From an uncultured candidatus Porisulfidus sp. (GTDB taxonomy: Bacteria; Pseudomonadota; Gammaproteobacteria; Poriferisulfidales; Poriferisulfidaceae), in the NCBI GenBank assembly GCA_965204575.1, contig OZ241993.1, positions 320,001 through 384,000 of the forward strand: a DNA stretch of 64,000 nt. Direction: 5' to 3'. Both the position numbers and the translations under genes were made by a program. The notes under the pieces were generated by a model. The model was not told where the DNA came from. It was given only the letters and a program-made list of their open reading frames with translations, and did no database searches. Positions 56,936 to 64,000 of the stretch are shown here, piece by piece; within the stretch, counting starts at the first letter, position 1; each line of letters begins with the position of its first letter.

Positions 56936-59332
56936 ATGAAGATCGTCCGTCGCCTGCTGAGACTGATCGCCCTAGGGGTGATGCCGGCCCTGCTCGTCGT
57001 GCTCGGGGCCTATTTGTACATCCAGCCCAGCATGCCGACGGTCCAGGAACTGCGCGATGTCCATCTGCAGACCCCGCTTCGCGTGTACTCCCAGGATGGC
57101 GCATTGCTCGCGGTCTACGGCACCAAGCGACGCATTCCCGTCAGTCTGGACGAAATCCCGATGTCGATGCGCCAGGCCTTCATCGCGTCCGAAGACGCGC
57201 GTTTTGAGCAACATTTCGGAGTGGATTTGCAGGCCTTGGTCCGCGCCGCCGTGGATCTCGCGCGCAGCGGACGGATCCGCCAAGGCGGCAGCACCATCAC
57301 CATGCAGCTGGCGCGCAACTTCTACCTGACTCGTCAGCGTCACTTCGTTCGCAAATTGCGCGAGATTTTCCTCGCTTTGCGCATCGAACAGGAACTCAGC
57401 AAGGATGAAATCCTGGAACTGTACCTGAACAAGATCTTTCTTGGACATCGGGCGTACGGCGTGGGTGCCGCGGCCGAGGTTTACTACGACACTTCCCCCC
57501 GACACCTGACGCTGGCCCAGGTGGCCACCATCGCCGGCCTGCCCAAGGCGCCCTCGACCCTGAACCCGGTCACCAACCCCGAAGCCTCCCGTGCGCGCCG
57601 CCGCTACGTATTGGATCGCATGCTGCAGGACAGGCACATCACAAGCGAACAATTTCAAGAAGCCGTAGACGCTCCCGTCACCGCACGGCTAGGCCACTAC
57701 CGCGGCCAGTCTTCAGCGCCCTACGTCGGAGAGATGGTCCGGGCCGAAATGGTGGGACGATTCGGGACAGATGCCTATACCGGGGGCTACACGGTTTACC
57801 TGACGATACGCAACGATTTGCAGACGGCGGCCCGCAAAGCCGTGCGAAGGGCCTTGATCCGCTACGACCTGCGCCACGGCTGGCGCGGTGCGGAAAATCG
57901 CCTGACACCGCTCCCGGAAAGCAAGCAGGAGCTTGATCGGGTTCTGGCCAACACGCCGACTCGCGGCGGCTTCGAGAACGGCATCGTGATTCATGCTGGC
58001 CCGGATGTCGCACATATCTACCTCGGCCGCGGCCGTTGGGCGGAACTCACTCTCGACGAGATTCTCTGGGCAAGGCCGATGGAGCACGTCGACCGGCGCG
58101 GACCTACGCCGAGGGCGACTTCGGATGTGGTGAATCCGGGCGATATCGTGCATCTGATATTTGAGGACAACGTCTGGCGCCTGCGCCAGATTCCGGAAGC
58201 CTCCGGCGCACTGGTCGCCATTGATCCGACCGACGGCGCGATCCGGGCGCTGACCGGCGGCTTCGATTTCGCCTTGAGCAAGTTCAATCGCGCGACTCAG
58301 GCGCATCGCCAGCCGGGCTCCAGCTTCAAGCCGTTCCTGTATACCGCGGCCCTGGCCAAGGGCTACACCCCGGCCACGCTGATAAACGATGCGCCCGTGG
58401 TCTACCACGACCAAGGCATCGAAGGGGCCTGGCGTCCTGAAAACTACAGCGGCCGGTTCTACGGGCCTACCCGGCTCCGTGAGGCACTGACTTATTCCCG
58501 AAACGTGGTCTCGATTCGCATGCTCGACGACATTGGAAGCGACTACGCGCGCCATTTCGTGGAGCGGTTCGGTTTTGATGCCTCGACTCTTCCCGACAAC
58601 CTGACGCTGGCGCTGGGCTCAGGCGAAGTGACCCCGTTGCAAATGGTGGCGGCATTCGCGATTCTTGCCAATGGTGGCTACCAGGTCGAGCCCTACTTGA
58701 TCCAGCGCATCGAGGACACAACCGGTGACTTGGTTTACGTGGCCAATCCCCGAAAAGTCTGCGACGATGCCTGCCAGATTCAGGTCTTGTCGTCGCTGGC
58801 ATCCTCTGAACAGGAAATGCCCGCACTGATGCCGGAAAACTCCGCTTCGCGCGTCCTCGAAAAACGAATTCACTACCAAATCGTCAACATGTTGAAGGAT
58901 GTGGTCCGGTTTGGAACTGCACGCGCCGCATTGGCACTGGAACGCGGGGACCTGGCTGGAAAAACCGGCACCACGAACGACCAGCGCGATGCCTGGTTCA
59001 GCGGATTCAACTCCCAGCTCGTGGCGACGACCTGGGTTGGCCGGGACGACTTCGGGAAACTCGGGCGGCGCGAAGTCGGCGGCACGGCGGCCCTGCCGAT
59101 GTGGGTCGATTTCATGAAGGTGGCGTTGACCGGCTTGCCGGAAAAACCGCTTGCCATTCCTCCCGGCATCGTCCAAGTGCGGATTGACCCGAAAAACGGC
59201 CTGTTGGCTCCGCCCAACAGCAAGGATAGCGTCGTGGAGACCTTCCGCGAGGAACGGGTGCCCGATCGCCTGTCAAAGGAAACCGTCCTGACGCCTGGAG
59301 AAGGCACCGACATCCCCGAACAACTGTTCTGA
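56936..59332 (+). CDS. mrcA: Penicillin-binding protein 1A
   Basis: EDARF and GGSTITMQLARN glycosyltransferase motifs; GSSFKP, SRN and KTGTT transpeptidase motifs. Confidence 0.96.
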   Translation: MKIVRRLLRLIALGVMPALLVVLGAYLYIQPSMPTVQELRDVHLQTPLRVYSQDGALLAVYGTKRRIPVSLDEIPMSMRQAFIASEDARFEQHFGVDLQALVRAAVDLARSGRIRQGGSTITMQLARNFYLTRQRHFVRKLREIFLALRIEQELSKDEILELYLNKIFLGHRAYGVGAAAEVYYDTSPRHLTLAQVATIAGLPKAPSTLNPVTNPEASRARRRYVLDRMLQDRHITSEQFQEAVDAPVTARLGHYRGQSSAPYVGEMVRAEMVGRFGTDAYTGGYTVYLTIRNDLQTAARKAVRRALIRYDLRHGWRGAENRLTPLPESKQELDRVLANTPTRGGFENGIVIHAGPDVAHIYLGRGRWAELTLDEILWARPMEHVDRRGPTPRATSDVVNPGDIVHLIFEDNVWRLRQIPEASGALVAIDPTDGAIRALTGGFDFALSKFNRATQAHRQPGSSFKPFLYTAALAKGYTPATLINDAPVVYHDQGIEGAWRPENYSGRFYGPTRLREALTYSRNVVSIRMLDDIGSDYARHFVERFGFDASTLPDNLTLALGSGEVTPLQMVAAFAILANGGYQVEPYLIQRIEDTTGDLVYVANPRKVCDDACQIQVLSSLASSEQEMPALMPENSASRVLEKRIHYQIVNMLKDVVRFGTARAALALERGDLAGKTGTTNDQRDAWFSGFNSQLVATTWVGRDDFGKLGRREVGGTAALPMWVDFMKVALTGLPEKPLAIPPGIVQVRIDPKNGLLAPPNSKDSVVETFREERVPDRLSKETVLTPGEGTDIPEQLF

Positions 59333-59420
59333 ACTCAACCGAAAATCGGGTATACAATTCTTTCTTGCCCGGGTCTATCAAGAGTAAATTTTAGAATTCT
59401 TTCCATGGAGACCTCCGAAA

Positions 59421-59948
59421 ATGAATCGCAACCTGATTCTCCTGCTCGCTGCCGGCGCACTCGGCATCATCCTCTTATCTCTCGCCATGAACCAAGGCTC
59501 GTTTCTTGGGATGACCTCATCCGAACCTATGGACACCGAAAGTCAGGCTGACAGCACTGACGCAGAACAGGCCAAGGCGATGGTGGCTCAGGCTCTTGGA
59601 TATATGGACGAACATGGCACAGCCGCCCTGATCGAGAAAGTCAATGCGGGTGCCCCTGAATTTCATCAGGGTCAGTTTTACGTTTTCGTTCTGGACAATG
59701 CCGGGACTATCGTGGCTCATCCTATTGATCCCAGTTGGGTGGGAGTGAGCGACGATGTCGGAACGGATGCCGATGGCAATGTCTTTCTTGCACGAATGGC
59801 TGCGGCAGCCGCCGAAAATCCGGACGGCAGCTGGTTCGATTACCGCTGGCCGCACCCGGTCACGGAGGAGGTGGTCACCAAATCCAGCTGGATCGTGATG
59901 CGTGACGACCATGTCGTTGGCGTCGGCATCTACTTAGAGGAGAAATAG
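59421..59948 (+). CDS. Stand-alone single Cache domain protein
   Basis: N-terminal hydrophobic anchor; YVFVLD..G.IVAHP, D.DG..F, W.DY.WPHP.T....K.S, VGVGIY. Confidence 0.8.
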   Translation: MNRNLILLLAAGALGIILLSLAMNQGSFLGMTSSEPMDTESQADSTDAEQAKAMVAQALGYMDEHGTAALIEKVNAGAPEFHQGQFYVFVLDNAGTIVAHPIDPSWVGVSDDVGTDADGNVFLARMAAAAAENPDGSWFDYRWPHPVTEEVVTKSSWIVMRDDHVVGVGIYLEEK

Positions 59949-59950
59949 GA

Positions 59951-59966
59951 GCATCCGGACGGATGC
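59951..59966. terminator. Hairpin between convergent cache and hemE genes
   Basis: GCATCCG-GA-CGGATGC; no U-tract. Confidence 0.4.
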
Positions 59967-59983
59967 CCCCGGTCGTCCAAGGT

Positions 59984-61030
59984 TCAGTTCGTATCAGCGC
60001 TGAAGCGGTGGACTTCGTCGATTAGACAGGCAAGCTGATCCGGATCGATATCCGGCGTGATGCCGTGCCCGAGGTTGAACACGTGGCCTGGGTGGGGGCC
60101 ATAATCTTCCAGTAGTGCACGTGCGGCGGCACGCAGGTCCTCCGCGTCCTCACGCAGCATGGCCGGATCCAGATTCCCCTGCAAGGCGCAGACTTGCCCC
60201 ACCTCCTCCCGTGCGGCGCGCAGATTCACAGTCTCGTCCAAGCCGATTGCCTCGCAACCGATCTTGCTGACTTCGGTCAGCTGCCCGCCACCCCCGCGGG
60301 CAAACATGATGCGCGGCACAACCGGCCCCAGTTTCTCCATGATGCGCTCGACCGGCTGGAGCGAGAAACGGACATAATCCTCGCCTTCCAAGATGCCTCC
60401 CCAACTGTCGAAAATCATGACCACGCTGGCGCCGGCCTCGATCTGCGCCTCCAGATAAAGGGCGACGGAATCCGCCAGAATCGAAAGTAGATGGTCGAGT
60501 TGATCCGGTTCGGACCGGAGCCACTCGGCGACACGGGCGAACTCGCTGCGGCTTCGGCCCTCGATCATGTAGGTCGCCAATGTCCAGGGGCTGCCGGCAA
60601 AACCGATTACCGGGACTTGCCCTCCAATCTCCCGGGACAACAAGGAAACGGCTTCGCCGACATAGCGGAGTTCCTGGTGCGGGTCTGGAACCCCCAACGC
60701 CCGGATGTCGGCTGCACTGCGGACCGGGCGCTCGAAATACGGCCCGGTCCCCTCGGAAAACCCGAGCCCCAACCCCATCGCGTCCGGAATGGTCAGGATG
60801 TCGGAGAACACGATCGCTGCATCCAGCGGATAGCGGCGCATCGGCTGCAACGCGGCTTCGCAGGCATAGTCCGGCGTCCGGCATAAATTGAGGAAGCTTC
60901 CGGCGCGCTCGCGCAATTCCCGATACTCCGGAAGGTAGCGCCCGGCCTGGCGCATGATCCAGACAGGCGTGCAGTCGGTCGGCTGCCGCCGCAGGGCGCG
61001 AAGGAATCGATCGTTTTCCGGGACCGCCAT
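59984..61030 (-). CDS. hemE: Uroporphyrinogen decarboxylase
   Basis: PVWIMRQAGRYLPEY, FSDIL, IGFAGSPWTLATY, QGNLDP, FNLGHGI. Confidence 0.98.
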   Translation of the reverse strand: MAVPENDRFLRALRRQPTDCTPVWIMRQAGRYLPEYRELRERAGSFLNLCRTPDYACEAALQPMRRYPLDAAIVFSDILTIPDAMGLGLGFSEGTGPYFERPVRSAADIRALGVPDPHQELRYVGEAVSLLSREIGGQVPVIGFAGSPWTLATYMIEGRSRSEFARVAEWLRSEPDQLDHLLSILADSVALYLEAQIEAGASVVMIFDSWGGILEGEDYVRFSLQPVERIMEKLGPVVPRIMFARGGGGQLTEVSKIGCEAIGLDETVNLRAAREEVGQVCALQGNLDPAMLREDAEDLRAAARALLEDYGPHPGHVFNLGHGITPDIDPDQLACLIDEVHRFSADTN

Positions 61031-61037
61031 CGGGGCC

Positions 61038-62453
<1,416 letters not shown>

Positions 62454-62498
62454 CTAAGCCTCGGCCAAGTTTCCGGCAGGATGCCGGAAGATCAAAAA

Positions 62499-62708
62499 TC
62501 AACGGTAACGCGGTCGCGATTGCTTGGACAGACGTTTGGCATTGCGCTTGATCGCCGCTGCAGCCTTGCGTTTACGCACTTCGGTCGGTTTTTCGTAGTA
62601 CTCACGGCGACGGGCTTCCGAAAGTACTCCTGACCGCTCGCACGCACGGCGAAAGCGACGAATCGCGACGTCAAAAGGCTCGTCTTCCTTGACTCGAATT
62701 CCAGGCAT
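62499..62708 (-). CDS. rpsU: 30S ribosomal protein S21
   Basis: [29 protein letters not shown]. Confidence 0.97.
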   Translation of the reverse strand: MPGIRVKEDEPFDVAIRRFRRACERSGVLSEARRREYYEKPTEVRKRKAAAAIKRNAKRLSKQSRPRYR

Positions 62709-62894
62709 TTAGATTCATCAAATGGCCAAAAATGGACTGCGTATTGTACATGGTCAGCAAAAACGGGCTAAATCGTACAAAGGCTCAAAGCGACCTTTGT
62801 AGTACCCGAAGAGATGCGCCCGGAGGTTTCTATGCGAAATGCGGAAGCGTCAAAACCCGCGATAATAGCGGTGCCGTTATGCTGACTTTGTCGA

Positions 62895-63941
62895 ATGCCT
62901 ACAGCTGAAACCACCCGGGTGCTTGGCATCGAGACCTCCTGCGATGAAACCGGAATCGCGGTTTGGGACAGTGCGCGTGGACTTCTCTCCCATAAGCTCT
63001 ACAGCCAGGTCAAGACTCACCGGCAGTACGGCGGGGTCGTGCCGGAACTGGCCTCGCGCGATCATGTGCGTCGCCTGCCCCAGTTGACCTTGGATGCCCT
63101 GGAGGAAGCCAGGTGCCTGCCTACGGATCTGGATGCCATCGCCTATACGGCCGGGCCCGGACTGATCGGTGCCCTGATGTCCGGCGCCTCGTTCGCCTGC
63201 GCCATGGCCTACGCGCTGGACCGGCCGGCACTCGCCATTCACCACATGGAAGCCCACCTGCTGGCCCCCCTGATGGACAATCCGGATTTTTCGCCCCCTT
63301 TCGCGGCGTTGCTGGTGTCAGGCGGCCATAGCCTGCTGATGCAGGTCGATCAGATCGGCCAATACACGTGCCTAGGCCAGAGCATCGATGATGCCGTTGG
63401 CGAGGCCTTCGACAAAACCGCACGCATTCTGGATCTGCCCTATCCGGGCGGCCCTGCCTTGGCAAAACTCGCGGAGCGCGGAGATCCCGAACGCTTTCAT
63501 TTTCCACGCCCGATGCTGGATCGCGAAGGTTGCGACATGAGTTTCAGCGGGCTCAAGACCCATGCCCGCCGTTTGGCCGAAGCCAATCCGGAAGATGCCC
63601 AAGCGGCCGCAGACATCGCGGCCGGCTTTCAGGAGGCGGTGGTTGACGTCCTAGTCGCCAAGTCTCAGCGTGCGCTGGAGCAGAGCGAGTTGAACCACCT
63701 TGTCGTGGCAGGTGGGGTCGGTGCAAACCGGAGACTGCGAAGCCGGCTGGCGCAAGCCCTCGAGGAGAACGGCCAACAGGTCCTTTGGCCTCCCCCCGAA
63801 TACTGCACGGACAACGGGGCCATGATCGCCTTTGCCGGCTCTCTGCGCCTGCAAGACTCCGACGCACTCAGTGGCCTGGAAATCCGGAGCCGAGCCCGAT
63901 GGCCCCTGGAAGAGCTTGCTTCCCCGTCCCCTCTCACCTGA
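62895..63941 (+). CDS. tsaD: tRNA threonylcarbamoyladenosine synthesis protein TsaD
   Basis: LGIETSCDETG, GGVVPELASRDH, HHMEAH, LLVSGGH, GEAFDK, CTDNGAMIA. Confidence 0.98.
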   Translation: MPTAETTRVLGIETSCDETGIAVWDSARGLLSHKLYSQVKTHRQYGGVVPELASRDHVRRLPQLTLDALEEARCLPTDLDAIAYTAGPGLIGALMSGASFACAMAYALDRPALAIHHMEAHLLAPLMDNPDFSPPFAALLVSGGHSLLMQVDQIGQYTCLGQSIDDAVGEAFDKTARILDLPYPGGPALAKLAERGDPERFHFPRPMLDREGCDMSFSGLKTHARRLAEANPEDAQAAADIAAGFQEAVVDVLVAKSQRALEQSELNHLVVAGGVGANRRLRSRLAQALEENGQQVLWPPPEYCTDNGAMIAFAGSLRLQDSDALSGLEIRSRARWPLEELASPSPLT

Positions 63942-64000
63942 GGCGGCGCTCCACACAGCGTCAGGCTAGTTGGCTCTTCGACCGGTAGTGGAAAAATCCG

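Overview
GC-rich bacterial chromosome segment; the housekeeping genes and their order look gammaproteobacterial. The dense toxin-antitoxin load and the Calx-beta autotransporter suggest a host-associated lifestyle (inference only). The core backbone is parC, htpX, recR-dnaX, aroC, pstS, glnE-ilvE-hldE-waaF, tRNA-Leu(CAA), tas, plsC-gmhB-glyS-glyQ, dgt-aroB-aroK, mrcA, hemE-gltD-rpsU and tsaD. Accessory blocks interrupt it: (1) HigBA and a 5.5 kb TA cluster (AbiEi/AbiEii, Phd/VapC, DUF433/PIN, Xre/RES, plus a Slam-like barrel), where two toxins are damaged but their antitoxins are intact; (2) an fwdD-fwdB-fwdA-ftr-fwdC C1 operon that keeps archaeal-type Mo/W-pterin and Fe-S ligands, followed by a ferredoxin and a ferredoxin-NADP reductase; (3) a mosaic Calx-beta autotransporter with a C16 tract just after its start codon, next to an internally deleted IS1380-family element with perfect 18 bp TIRs and a TTTAT target duplication; (4) a small protein/retropepsin pair and a Fic gene followed by a 72 bp-period repeat array; (5) a TnpB-only element between glyQ and glyS; (6) a type I R-M locus whose HsdR carries a C-terminal Schlafen/AlbA_2 domain, with three extra genes inside the operon. 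Several genes have a -10 hexamer 6-8 nt before the ATG and no Shine-Dalgarno, suggesting leaderless mRNAs. All calls come from reading motifs by eye; no database searches were run.
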